A DNA stretch of 62,150 nt, the filler included, from Sphacelaria rigidula (Eukaryota), in the NCBI GenBank assembly GCA_964200075.2. It is 9 parts of 9 records of this genome, joined end to end, with 100 filler letters (N's around TTAATTAATTAA, not from the genome) between each part and the next. Parts side by side here need not be neighbours in the genome. Positions count along the whole stretch, not along the records: positions 6,920 to 13,737 come from CAXNAA020017932.1; positions 13,838 to 20,654 come from CAXNAA020017933.1; positions 20,755 to 27,571 come from CAXNAA020017934.1; 6 more parts are not named here. One strand, given 5' to 3'. The notes under the pieces are model-generated. The model worked only from the letters and a program-made list of their open reading frames with translations, had not been told where the DNA came from and ran no database searches. Position 1 is the first letter of the stretch; the number at the start of each line of letters is the position of its first letter. Positions 12,241 to 24,498 of this stretch are shown piece by piece. A program made the translations under genes and the position numbers.

Positions 12241-12719
12241 ATGGTAGCGAACAATAACACGGTCATGGCGAATCTTTACAGCAGTGATGAAAAGTCGGCA
12301 GACAACAGGCTGCGGTTCCTAGAGCGACCGCTACATGCATCAACTTCGTCATCTTCGATGACTGCCTTCACCATGACTGCCTCGCCTGGGCCTCGGCAGG
12401 AGGGTTACAGCTACATGCCACAGGCACGGGATAGAGGTGCAACGATTCACTCTGCACTCGCATTTCTAGAGAGACGCAACCCTGGTGGTACTGCGATTGC
12501 TAGCTCTACTCCCAGTAGGAGAGGTAGCAGCGCAGGTACGGTGGACGGGGCCGATGGGGGCTTGAGGACCGGAATGATTGCTGCGAGCACCATGTTGGGT
12601 GGTCTTGCTCCTGACTGGGGCGACAGAAGTTCTGATGGAGATATATTAGCCGAAGATGATGATGACAACATTTGTCCGTCCATGCTGTTCTCGTGCTTTC
12701 CATGCTTGGCGTGCTTCAG
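12241..12719 (+). CDS. Probable first exon of an unknown protein (Ser/Gly-rich N-terminus, acidic patch, Cys-rich ICPSMLFSCFPCLACFR)
   Basis: Lies within a 273-codon open frame with an ATG at 12241, protein-like composition and a plausible CAG|GTGTGG donor. No family recognised. Confidence 0.5.
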
Positions 12720-13963
12720 GTGTGGTGTTCAGTATAGTACAATTAGGGCTGCGAATCGGGGGGGGGGGGGGGGGGTAAGCTCCCGAAAAGTGCCCAGCCT
12801 GTTCGACGACATTATTCCGTCCATAGACAACTTTTCGTTTCTTCCGTTTTTCCAATATAGTCACACTCGCCTTCATAATACACCCTTTTGATGGGGAGAT
12901 CGTGATTTGAGGTGACGCCCCCTCTGTTCAGAGCCTACAGACATCTCCTCACCGCTGACAGAGAGGGGCGTGCGACACCTTTTTCAACTCCTTTCAAGCG
13001 TACCCTCGAAACCTGAAAAAATATTTCTGGACACGTAGGCCCCAAAATCGAAAATTCGAGTTTTTGACGGGGGTGGGCGGGGGGGGGGGATACCCAGCCT
13101 GCTGTCCCCTAGTTTATTGCCGAGACGCTATCGAGTGTGGTCAGCTATCGTTTACAGAGATCCTTGGCATGAAGACCGTTGAGATGGCGGACACGCCGCC
13201 CCCCCAACTTCATCATTTGCCATGATTACGTTAACCCTTTTGGGACCGGACCCCCACTAACACAGGGTTGACCCTGTGTTGGTGAAATAATTAGAAATAA
13301 GTCTTCGAGCGACCTGCCCAATCACAGCGAGGCAAAAATTATCGACCAGACCCGGACGACCAGCGCGGGGATTGTTGTCGAGTGTAATGCGACTGTAAAG
13401 ATCGTGTGGAGGCCCTATCCCTGGCCCAGATAAGCCTCTCCAGGTTTCCAAGTGCAGGATGGTTGCGGCTTGGTCTTATGGTATTACTTGCACTCAGTAT
13501 ACCGTACACTAACACAGGGTGGGCCGGAAAAAACCGGGAAGGAGTGTACGTGCCCCCATGTGGTCATTTTCACGAGGCACAAAATCCAGGTGGGCTGTGG
13601 GAAGACAAAAGGAGCTACCGTAATGAGTTCTGCGTACCCCTCTGCGGATGACTTGCAGTGTGCAGTCCATATGTATGTTGTGGACGGGGATGACAAAGCT
13701 GTATATAGGCAGTTGATTTCGGTAGCTGAGAATTGCCNNNNNNNNNNNNNNNNNNNNNNNNNNNNNNNNNNNNNNNNNNNNTTAATTAATTAANNNNNNN
13801 NNNNNNNNNNNNNNNNNNNNNNNNNNNNNNNNNNNNNAGACTGGCTTCGGCGACAAGGATGGTTAGGTCTGATTGGGCTTCCTGGACGAGACACTTACTA
13901 CACACCAGTACCAGGATGCATGAGTAGACCTAAAAAAGTGTTCGTACACAAAATGGTTGACAG

Positions 13964-14021
13964 GTATGACTACAAGATTTTCGAACCGATAAAATTCCGA
14001 AAAATACATGATTTGGGGGAG
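13964..14021 (+). CDS. Possible small internal exon (YDYKIFEPIKFRKIHDLGE), product unknown
   Basis: GACAG acceptor, GAG|GTGAGC donor and an open frame. No homology recognised. Confidence 0.3.
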
Positions 14022-15485
14022 GTGAGCAGTGGGTCAGCTCGCCCAGAACGTGTTTTTGTCGAAATCGGCGTCTTAGGCAACGACTTGATGTCTGCCAACG
14101 CACACTTAGCCCAGGGGAATCTATGCACCCTCCTCGCCCGAGGGTCTCGTGCGACTTGGGTTGGGGTTGGGGTTAGGGCTGGTGTTGGGGTTAGTTTGTA
14201 ACATTTGTTATAATGATGGTGCAGCTAGTGCATTGGCTGAGGTCTCTCAGGACGAGTACCAGGAGATATCATTGGTTCCAGCTGAACCAAGCCCCCACGT
14301 GGGCACAACGTACGACATTTAGCTATCCATCATGAATGAACAATCACACAGTAGGTTCATTCATGTGTAGACTGCTGGCTGGATCTCACGTGTTTCATAG
14401 CATCATGTTATATCTACAAGCAGCTCTCTTACTCAGTACAGCCGCGGCGCAGCCATAGCAGCAGAGCGTAGTGATGGCCCAGAGTAGACCAAGGGAAGCC
14501 AGTAACTGATCGAGGTGGGTCGGCGCGGCCTCTGACCGCATCCGAATAATCCTGACTAATGGCAGATAGCAAACGCGGTAACAACGCGTCACGGAACTCA
14601 GGGTCTATGAGCAGACCCGCACAGCGTATATCTTGCAACGCCTCCGAGCTTCATCACACATTCCGTGATGGTCCCCATCAACTGTTATCTATGAACATAA
14701 TTGTAGCTCCCCTCCCTTTAACCGCGAGTATAGATAGGTCACCCGCTGAATCGGCATCAATATACACTTGAAAGAGAATGTGTCATTCAGATGGACTACC
14801 CGCACCGGGGTCGAAGGTTTCACTTCTGACTGGAATCGTTTCTTCGTCTGAGATTCAAAATAATGCTAACGACCATCGTACACCTGCACCGGCTACTTGG
14901 AACCACCATGCCGTTTGTGATTTTATACTTTGGAGCCCACGGCGGCTTGGAAAATAATCGGAACCAATCAAAATGCAATCCTTGGGATCCGGAGTGAAAA
15001 ATGTTCTTCTTAAAATGAGGAGGGTAAGCATTCGATTCTCGAGAATGATATTCGACCGGCAGGGTACCCTCTTATTGTACATAATAATCGGAACAACTTC
15101 GTGATGACACAGCGGTTTCGCGATTTCAACTATTAGGTTGCCGTTAATAAGTCATGGTTGATTTGTTCGAAGAAACTGTATCGCAACCACCTTGACCATA
15201 TCAAAATCTCTAGTTCGAACTACAGCATGCAGAAGATCCCTAATCAGATTCCATAACCGTTCCATCTACCATTGGGAACACAGGCCACAATGTCACTTTC
15301 GATTGTGAATGACGCGGCTGATCGACGGAGGCTTGTTGACCATCGCGGGGCTACGTTTTAGAATGGCTGACAATTTTTTGCAAGCATCGCTACTCCTCAC
15401 ACTTACCTCAACCCAATGCATACCGAGGACCCTAGGGCAAGGGCGGAACATACATTTATTCGGTAAAGTGCGGCCTCGGTAAACC

Positions 15486-18466
15486 TGTAGACTCTAGCCA
15501 CCATTGTTACCTAAAGGTTGGGGACATATGTAGGTGGAGTTGCGGGTCTGATTGCCGGGCTCTGTAATACGTGACGTCCGTGACGAGAGAGCGTGGTTTT
15601 GCTACTCTGGTGGAGAGAGGCTATGGTCTTATTCTCCTGTACTTTGCGGAGGGTTAATATATGAATAACTAAAGCTGCTGAAGTCCATATGTCCGTGATG
15701 GGAGGAGTCCACATGGCGATCTGATCATGATTGACAGAAGTCTATAATGAACATTCATTAAGTTCGCTGAGGCGGTAGGTCCCCTGAAAGCAGCAGTTTC
15801 TGAGCCCATGCCGAAACATATTGCGAAATGTCTGTGTAACACGTTCTTGAAGCATGATTATGATGTTGAGAACGGGCAGTAGCTTTTCGCGTTGCGCAAG
15901 CATACGCCGTCCGGTGGGGCGCATTGCACTGTGAAAGCCGAGAAGCATGTGTCTGCCCGACGGGACAGGCACAACAGTGCACCCGCCGAACGTGCAGTAG
16001 GTGATCCGCCTCTGAAACAACGATAGAGGGCAGATACTTGTGCTGTAAAAGCCAAGAAGCATATGTCTGCCCGAGGGGACAGGCACGACAGTGCACCTGC
16101 TGAGCGTCCAGTGGTAGAAACCGCTTGCCCGCGACTGAAGCAACAACGCGGTGCCACTTTGAGGGGCACGAAGGTGACGACGCATGTGTCTGTCCGAAGA
16201 GACGCACTGGGCAGCAAGAACAGTGAGAGTACAGTAGTTGGTGCTGAATTAGCGGCCGCTGGCAGTACTGTTGAAAGAGGCGAACAAGTTGCCGTCAAGG
16301 AGCAAGCCGGACAGGAGGTGGCGGCTGTAGCGAGTATGGGTGACACTGCTGCTGCTATTGGCGATGTTGAGAGGGCGTGGCCTACATGGGCCAATGAGCA
16401 ACTGGGTATACCGTTTAGTGGCGAGCTGAGCGGCTCCACGACGGTGGGAGCTGTAGCTGGACTCATGGCGCGAGGAGCGAGTGTTCGAGTGGAAACGCTG
16501 CTCTACGCTGCGCACGAGGTTGCGGTTCGAGTGCTGCTGTTTCTCAGGAGCGGGCTGGAGAACCACAAAGACGGCATTACCCGAGGGGTTTGCTGTTGTG
16601 GTGAGCGCCGAGTTGGGTGCTGATGTTGAGGAGCAAGTGCTGAGGTGATTGAGTGCTTGTTGAGAATGAGGACACACATTATGATTGGTATTCGCGAATC
16701 GTTTTGAGAATGATTGAAGCTTGTTATAGTGTGGTTTGTGGTCATGTTTGCGCATGAAACATGGTTGTTTAGCGAGCATGATCGTATCGCGTGTGCAAGG
16801 TAAAAGTCTGGCGTACACGTGGATATATGGCATGTATGTGTTGTGTTGATCTGGTTGGTACGGACGACGCATGGTATTTGCCGCGAGGAGGGTGGCATTC
16901 ATTGCATGTTCTGAGTGAAATATTGGCATGCATGTGCGGATTTTCATATGCTGAGTGGAAATTTGGCAGACATGTGCGAAATTTTGCTCGAATGGTACTG
17001 ATATGAATGGTATCTGGTGACGACCTAGGGTTGGGCAGTTTTCAATATACTGCTTGCTGTGTGGTAAATGAAGAGAAGCTTGTATAATCTTGTTCGCGCA
17101 GGAACACAGTCTAATCATATTTGTGCGGTTCGCACGTACTGACTACAGGATATATGGATTGCTGCTGTTGCCGTTCAAATGAGCAGTAACTACGAATTTC
17201 GTGGGCTCGTATATGCGCAAGGAAAGCGCGAGTGTTTCTTGTGGTTGAAGATGAGTGATCTGTAGCTATGGAAAGTATTTTGAGAGAATATTCCATTTCC
17301 GTCTGGAAGGATAATGTGGATGGAGTGTCCGTTTGTCAAAGAAAGCGGTGCAGGTGAGCTGCAAATCTGTTGGGACATGAACTGCATTTTACATCGCTGT
17401 CAATCGACCGATGGGATATTACGGTCCTGAATCCAAGTTGGGATATTTATCTGGGTGCTTGTTCATGGGGTGTACTCGGTAAATCGAGTTTGAGAACGAT
17501 ATCACTACCGGTGGTGAATGATGGCGGAGGTCGAGGTTCGGTCGCCGTTGTTGGATTGGTAAATATGGCTTGAAAAGCGGTTTGAGTCATGGCTTTCCTT
17601 TGATTGTCTTAACGAAATGATGGCAAGTTGAAGCATTGAAGCTTTGACGGCGGGGAGGCATGCGATGCATACGCTTTTTACGGTGTTGCAGAAGCAAGAG
17701 GCCAGGTACGTTTTAGATGTGTTGGGTGCTTATTTTCTTCTAGCGTGAGGATGATGTATCATTTGGCTGTTGCACTCTATTGCGCAGGTGTTGAACGCGC
17801 AAAGAGTGCATTTTGTGTGTTGAGAAGAACCTTGCCTCGGATGAAAGGGACGATGAACCACGAATGCTCTGGAATTTGACGTTCGCTGACAATTCCGGTG
17901 TAGTGCCAATGAAGAATCAAGAGACTTGTTTTGGGCGAAGATTTGAGAATTTGGCGCTAGCTATCGCTTTGTAACTCGAAGCGGTGCAAGTAGCGTGATT
18001 GAATGTCCATGATGGATGATATTTTCTTTGGATCTCTTGCGAGTTGCTCGGAAGTGGGGCAAGCTTGTAAGGAGCTGTTGTCGAAAGCAGCGGAACAGAT
18101 TGCTATTCTTTGCGGAAAACGACGGTACTATCAAGTACCAATGATGTCTGAGTTTGTCAAGCTTTGATGTGACCACTTGTTGAGAGTAGAGAGCTTTGGG
18201 GGTACTGTAGACTCTAGCCACCATTGTTACCTAAAGGTTGGGGACATATGTAGGTGGAGTTGCGGGTCTGATTGCCGGGCTCTGTGATAGGTGATCTCCG
18301 TGACGAGAGAGCGTGGTTTTGCTTCTCTGGTGGAGAGAGGCTATGGTCCTGTTCTCCTGTATTATGCTGAGGGTTAATATATGAATCACTAAAGCTGCTG
18401 AAGTCCATGTGTCAGTGATGGGAGGAGTCCATACGGCGATCTGGTCTTGAGTGACAGAAGTCTATA
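15486..18466 (+). mobile_element. Non-autonomous LTR retroelement (TRIM/LARD-like), about 3 kb
   Basis: 261-bp direct repeats at 15486-15746 and 18206-18466 (about 18 mismatches by eye, about 93%), with termini TGTAGA...TCTATA. A purine-rich tract GAGAGTAGAGAGCTTTGGGGGTAC precedes the second LTR. Flanks AACC/GACC resemble a decayed target-site duplication. No RT or integrase recognised inside. Confidence 0.8.
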
Positions 18467-19144
18467 GACCCCAAATCGGCGCCTGTGGCGCCATTTTGAA
18501 CGAACAAGGCGTCGTTTACGCACGCTAGGAACACACGGGACTGTCAGCCCCACCAAAACCCCGCTTCTCGTGGTTTCTAGTGAAATTGAGAAATATCAAC
18601 CATTCTGAAACGTACTCTGGAGCCTGAAACGTACTCCGGAGCCGGTAAAATTCACTGCACTGTTGTACGTTGCGGAGGGAATGTATGTTTCGCGCTAGCC
18701 CGAGGCTTCTTGGTATGCGTTGGGTAGGGGTTAGTTGGGGTTGGGACACTTTCTACGTTAGCCCCCCCCCCAAAACCAGCTAAAAGTGTCACGAAAAAAG
18801 CACTGTGTTGACCTAACTCTGCAACCACACCACAGCCTTGGCCAAGGGTAGCAGTGAAAAGGAACCACTCGTTAAAGGTGATTCCGGCCCTACACCCGCC
18901 GAAAATACCCTCCCCATACTGTACCGACAAGGCCGGTAATGGCCTTCGTTGGAGGACGGGGAACGGAGCAACAAATACTCCACTCAAAGTTTGAGTAGGT
19001 TTGCTCCAAGAGTCAAGTAGCCTCTCGTCATATACTACAACCCAAATTGTCGTGGAACAATTCAAAAGGTCCCCGTTAGCGCGGTTCGAATAAACTGGTC
19101 GCTCTCAATTGGATCTTCAACTCTCAATTTCACGAAAACATTGT

Positions 19145-19930
19145 CTATTGCCACCTCAATATCCTCATGTCTCTGTTTGTTTCAAGTGAGTACATTCCCA
19201 ACTCTGCTCTCAATACTGTATTATTACCCGTCGTTTTCGAGCATCCACGTACGTTTTCAGCGGCTCCCATCTGTACTATTTTCAACTTCTTCACCAACTT
19301 CACGTTTCCCTCCCATACTTCTGCTGCATAGTCCAGCTTTGGTACGATCACGTTCATCAGGATGCATCTCTCAATCCTAGTGTCTGAGTGCGAGTCTCTG
19401 AGGACCACGTCCATCCTCCCTATCTGTGTCTTACCTTTTTGTATTACTTCATTCATGTGAGCATCCCAAGAACAGTGTTTTGAGATCTCTACGCCAAGGT
19501 ATGTACACTGGTCTACGATCGGCAGTTCCTCTTCTCCCCACTTCCACTTGAACTCTACCGGGTTTTTCTTATCTTCGTTACAGACGACTACCGCGCATTT
19601 GTGAACGTTCGCTGTCATTCTCCATTCCCTAGTGTATTCTAGAGCCTTTTCTATTTGTTTTTGCAATCCTTCTGCTGTTCCTGAAATCCTCACACATTAA
19701 TCTGCGAACAACAAACCTGATATCACATCTCCACCCACCTTGACTCCTTGATTTGCTGCTTCTATCGCAATAACCAGATCATTAGTGAAATTCTTGAACA
19801 GAGTGGGTGATAACGTACATCCTTGTGCAACTCCTTGAAAGATATCAAAATATTTCGATATTTCCCCGTCTAGCATCAAGGCACTTTCGGCACATTCTGC
19901 CATCTTCTTTACCATTCTCCACATCTGCCC
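19145..19930 (-). mobile_element. Degenerate LINE (non-LTR) reverse transcriptase fragment
   Basis: QGVAQGCTLSPTLF, then LLFAD* (FADD catalytic motif hit by a stop), then ANVHKC, YLGVEI and PKLDYAAEVW. These are typical non-LTR RT core and thumb motifs. Confidence 0.92.
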
Positions 19931-21434
19931 CCCGTTCGGGGAGAGATTTCTTAACTCCTGGTCACCCGAGGGTTGAAGAGAGCACTGCCCTGAGATCAAG
20001 TTGTTACTGACTCTACATAAAGACCAAGTGAATTTGAAGACCGCACCCGGAGGTCAAGCCCCTTAGGAGATGTCAACACCAAACACACATCTACAATCAA
20101 GTGGTCGGTAGCTTCACCGCACTAAGATTATAAAGATGCTTGCATTTTCTGGAACGGAGTGGCTATTGATATCACGCTGGACGCAAGTACTTGTCGACAG
20201 TACACTTGAACCATGCAAGTAGTTTTATATTCCGCGGGTAAGTCAGTCAAGTGTTAATAACATATTTTCCCCAAGTAGTGCGTAGTAGTTCTAGGTAAGG
20301 TATACAGAGCATTGAAGAATAGCTTTAGGAACTTTTGGGGTAGTACATTTGCAAGGCGTCATCTCTCAGCACTCCAAGTTGAACGGGTATATACCTTGGA
20401 CGGGCATACATCTAGGCTCGCGTTCGGCGGTAGAAAGAGTGGTGCAGTGTGCCTTCGAGGGACAAACATCTGGATTCCTGTGCACTGTTGGAGCACACTG
20501 CACGATACGCTGGTGGGGCATACATATCTGTTCGAGCGAGCATGCACAGTGCCGCGATCCATGTGCAACGATGAACGTCCCAGAATGGAGCCTTTTATCT
20601 CGTGTAAAACACGACCTATGAAAATATGTGAAAGTACGCCAGGATTACTACTCCNNNNNNNNNNNNNNNNNNNNNNNNNNNNNNNNNNNNNNNNNNNNTT
20701 AATTAATTAANNNNNNNNNNNNNNNNNNNNNNNNNNNNNNNNNNNNNNNNNNNNCCCTGCAAAAAAGAAATGCCACTTCAACCTCATTTTTGAGATTGAC
20801 CCCATTTTCCAGGATCCACTGTTAATTTTGAAACTCTTAAATGAAACAGGTGCAAGTCATCACCCGAAAAGGATTCGCACAATAAGACGTGCACCCTGCT
20901 TGTTGCGTAGCTTAGACGAACACAGAACATCCCGCGCACACAATCCCCAGCACAGCACAACAACATAACGCAAACAGTACTACAACCACTGCGAAAACAT
21001 AGTTGATCCGTCTTTGGCATGGCCCATCACCCCCCAGCCGTGATGAAATGGAGAAGGTGATGCACACGCTAGGTGCGCAGCACGGCCTTGATGATCAAAA
21101 GCGATCCGATCTTGATCGTGCAGGATGGATCTTGCGCACACTACGTTCTCTCTCCTGTGCTCACTGCCGGCATCTTTGGCGAACTTCTCTTCTTCTGGGG
21201 TGTGCAGACAGATGATGGGTCGCAAACGAGACAATACAGCACGATTATTCACGAGGGTGTAGAATAAAGAAATCACAACGCGTTGAGTGTATGGTACTAA
21301 TGATAGTATATACACCGGTGTATTGAAACTCGAGAAACGCAATGAGGACGACGGTAGGGGCAAGACGCACTGCAGCGAATACCCGACCAACAGACAAAAC
21401 AGATGCTTGTTCCTGTCAAAATTATTGGGCACCT

Positions 21435-22230
21435 GCGTAACGCATTCGAGTACTGCGTTCCTCGCCGCTTGCTGTCGTCGTTGAATCTTGGTATCTGTTT
21501 CTCCTTTGCGCAGGAGTAACGATTGTTTCCGCATCAACGTGCTGACTTAGTTTTCGCCTCTACTTGTTTCTGCAACGAGGTAGCCGTCGCTTGACGCTTC
21601 CTCAACTCCAGCTCAGCAGATTTTAACTCGTCCCGCAACCGCTGTACGATCACCTTCGCAGCCCTGCGCCCCTCCTGTGTTCTGCTGTGTGCGTTTCCGT
21701 GATACTCTGTGTTCTGCTTTCTACCTCGCCGCTATTGAAACGGTCGTTGCTGCCGCCGTTTCTGCCTCCATTGCCCCCTCGCAACCTGCTCTTTAGCTGT
21801 AGTTGGCTCCATATACGCCGAGGCAGCCTTCACCGTGGCGGCTGCCGTCTTCTCTTTCGCTTTCGCAGCCTCTGTCATAGCTGCTACTGCCTCCTTCGCC
21901 CCAGCAGCCTCTGCAATAGCTGCTGCTGCCTTCTCTTTCGCTTCTGTCCGTTGAACCGACAAGCGACTCACCTCACCTTCAGCTGCCTGGAGTCTTGGAT
22001 CGGTGAGGCCCGTTCTTAGCGGAGACGATGAATCGTTTCCTTTGAGTATCGTTTCCCAGAGATCGACCTGTGGTTGGTCGCTGCGATGCCATCCCTTGAA
22101 AAAAGTGCCTCAATATCATTTTGGCAAAATCGGTGCTGTTCTTCAGTCCGAGAAGGAACATATATGTCCCACTGACAGGGGCACATGCAAAGGCTTGACG
22201 CCCAACCCAACGCAATCAGACACCAGGTGA
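21435..22230 (-). pseudogene. Decayed Ala/Lys/Glu-rich coiled-coil coding sequence
   Basis: Protein-like segments (EAKEKAAAAIAEAAGAKEAV, VQRLRDELKSAELELRKRQ, KIQRRQQAARNAVLECVTQ) lie in different frames with intervening stops. Confidence 0.35.
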
Positions 22231-22705
22231 ACCTGATGAACTCATTGCCACCGCAAACCAAAAAAACACACCGCTCGAGCCGAAGTCGCTCATCAGCTGA
22301 GCACGTTGTGCGTGACCTTGCACGAATCTGTTCAGATTTCATTTACAAACGGTGATTGGCATGAGACACGCGCACAGCACTCGCACACGAAGAGTCAGCA
22401 CCTCCACGCTTTCGTTTGTCATTTGGCACGAAGGCGGCCGCCTTTCCTCCACCAGAGAATGGACTTTCGTGAAAGAAAGACTGCCGTGTATACATGAACA
22501 AGGGCTAGCACTGGAGATAATGCGCGTAGTGGTAGGTACCTGTAAATGTTTACTCGGGGCTCGGTGTGTAGGTGTTGTGTTGCCTTGTTGTGACTCCTCT
22601 GTAGCAGTATAGAGATGTTGGATCAACCACCACTCTCAGAACCGCCGCATTTCCGCACATGTGATCAGATCTGGGCTTCGATCTGTACAAAAAACGCTCT
22701 TGATA

Positions 22706-22790
22706 GAGGTATCTCAAGCTCGAGGCTCCTGGTATATTTCACAATAATTTACAGTCAAATATACCGGGAACCTCGAGCTTGAGATACCTC
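22706..22790. mobile_element. Tiny foldback MITE with GAGGTATCTCAA termini
   Basis: A perfect 20-bp inverted repeat GAGGTATCTCAAGCTCGAGG extends imperfectly to about 34 bp. The same termini occur on the element at 45132-45342. Confidence 0.7.
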
Positions 22791-24289
22791 AGATAAGACT
22801 CAAACTGGTCGTTGTGGGACCACATTTTTCGATAACAAATTTGAGAAAGACGACGAAGGGTTCGCTCTAAAACCACGTTACGGTTCGCAAAATGCTGCCC
22901 AACCACTGTTGTGCTGGATTTAGACGCTGTGTAAACCCCCGAATTCTGAGTCCTGGAGTCCAACACGACAGATCTACAGCAGTACCACAGGACAACGGAG
23001 CCATGAGCTAAGACACTGTAGACTAAGCATAGGGGGTGCACAGCAGGGTAGTGCCGCAACAGCCCGTCGGCAAACTTGGTCCACAACAAAAGTTATCGAG
23101 GATGTCACCAAAAACAAAATCAGCGAAACAGCAGTCATCCGCACAGCAGCAGGGTTGTTGATTCACCGTTGCGCACGTTGACGGCTTCGTAAAAACGACC
23201 CTAAGGCCTGAATAAATAAGCTCTACAGGTGTCCTAGGGGCGTACCAGGCCTTCGATTCCCGAGAGAGGATTTACATTCGCGTTTTCCAGGTTTTATATG
23301 TGCCTCCGTAGGGTCCTGCTATAAACCCTACGCATAGGCTCGCACGCACGTAGGGGGACCGACACAAATGTATCCGAGGCCAATCAGGACATTTTATCGA
23401 CTGATATACTGCTGGTGAGTACGTAGGCTGAGTTTGTACTTCAATGAGCGTCAGGGGACGAGGGAACTGTTGCTATCCTAGGATCGAACCAAGAGAAGGG
23501 TTTTTAGTTATGCAGTATGTGTGCGTTTTTCGACCCGATGACGTCAGCATCGCACAATTGGCCTCGAGAAAAAAGACGGCCTAGAATAAAGTATGTCGAA
23601 ATATGCTCGTAGGTCGTCTTTACTCCAAAAATTGAGGGATTTATGCCACTTCTCGTGGGCGGCATTGCGTATGTGTATGCTGCTGTTGTGGTATGTCATG
23701 AGAGACCTCTTCTACAACATAACGGCCGGGTCCGATAGTACCACCGGCAGCTGTGCGGGGACGTTTAGGGTTCGGGCTACAGCGGTTGTCCATAGAGCGG
23801 TTATTGTGAGATTGTTTGATCTTGAATCTGACCCTAGTGCAGTAGCACGGCGGTGCTGAGTGATGTCCGCTGTAACCTGCATCTTGTGTATGTGTGTGTT
23901 TGTGCTTTGGCCTTATTCCTCCCCCCCCCCTGAATAAAGCATCGATTCAAAGGTCTCAAACAAGAAAAGAAAATCCCGCTCAGCAACCATTTTCCCCCGC
24001 CTGACACTGTCTCCGAGGTCTATTTTGTCTTCTTGATCTCATATTTTTGGAGCCACTTCTCCACGCGTTTTTTCGCCGCCCCTAATCCCCAACGGATGCG
24101 TATCTCTCGCACCCCCCATCTATACAGGGGAGAACTCCAGAAGTACCGCGATTTCTGGAGAGCTGTTTGGTGCTCTGGATCTGCCTGGGCCTACAACTAC
24201 GATCGGCCGAGCTCAATGTTTGTTTGCGCGGGTGCGCTTTGAACAAAGGGCGAAATGCTGTCTTCACGAAGTGTTGTTGTCATGTTCAT

Positions 24290-24421
24290 ACTATTGTTGT
24301 TGTCGTTGTTGTTAGTAATAGTAGTAGTAATAGTAGTGCTCGTACTACTAATATTGAGAGTACTCGTACTAGTATTAATAATAGTAGCACTAGTACTACT
24401 GGTAGTAGCAGCAGCAGCAGT
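24290..24421. repeat. Compound trinucleotide microsatellite (TTG/TAG/TAC/CAG)
   Basis: Read directly from the sequence. Confidence 0.85.
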
Positions 24422-24498
24422 ACGAGCTGGGCCAGCCGTAAAACGTACAAACGCATATCACACAATAACTTCTCAAGTTTATCGAATCAGCCCGATTT

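Noticed and set aside
16249..17118. 289-codon minus-strand ORF, and other long ORFs such as 60256-60804 and 24643-25194
   Set aside because: Compositionally biased or repeat-derived frames with no recognisable motifs or splice support.
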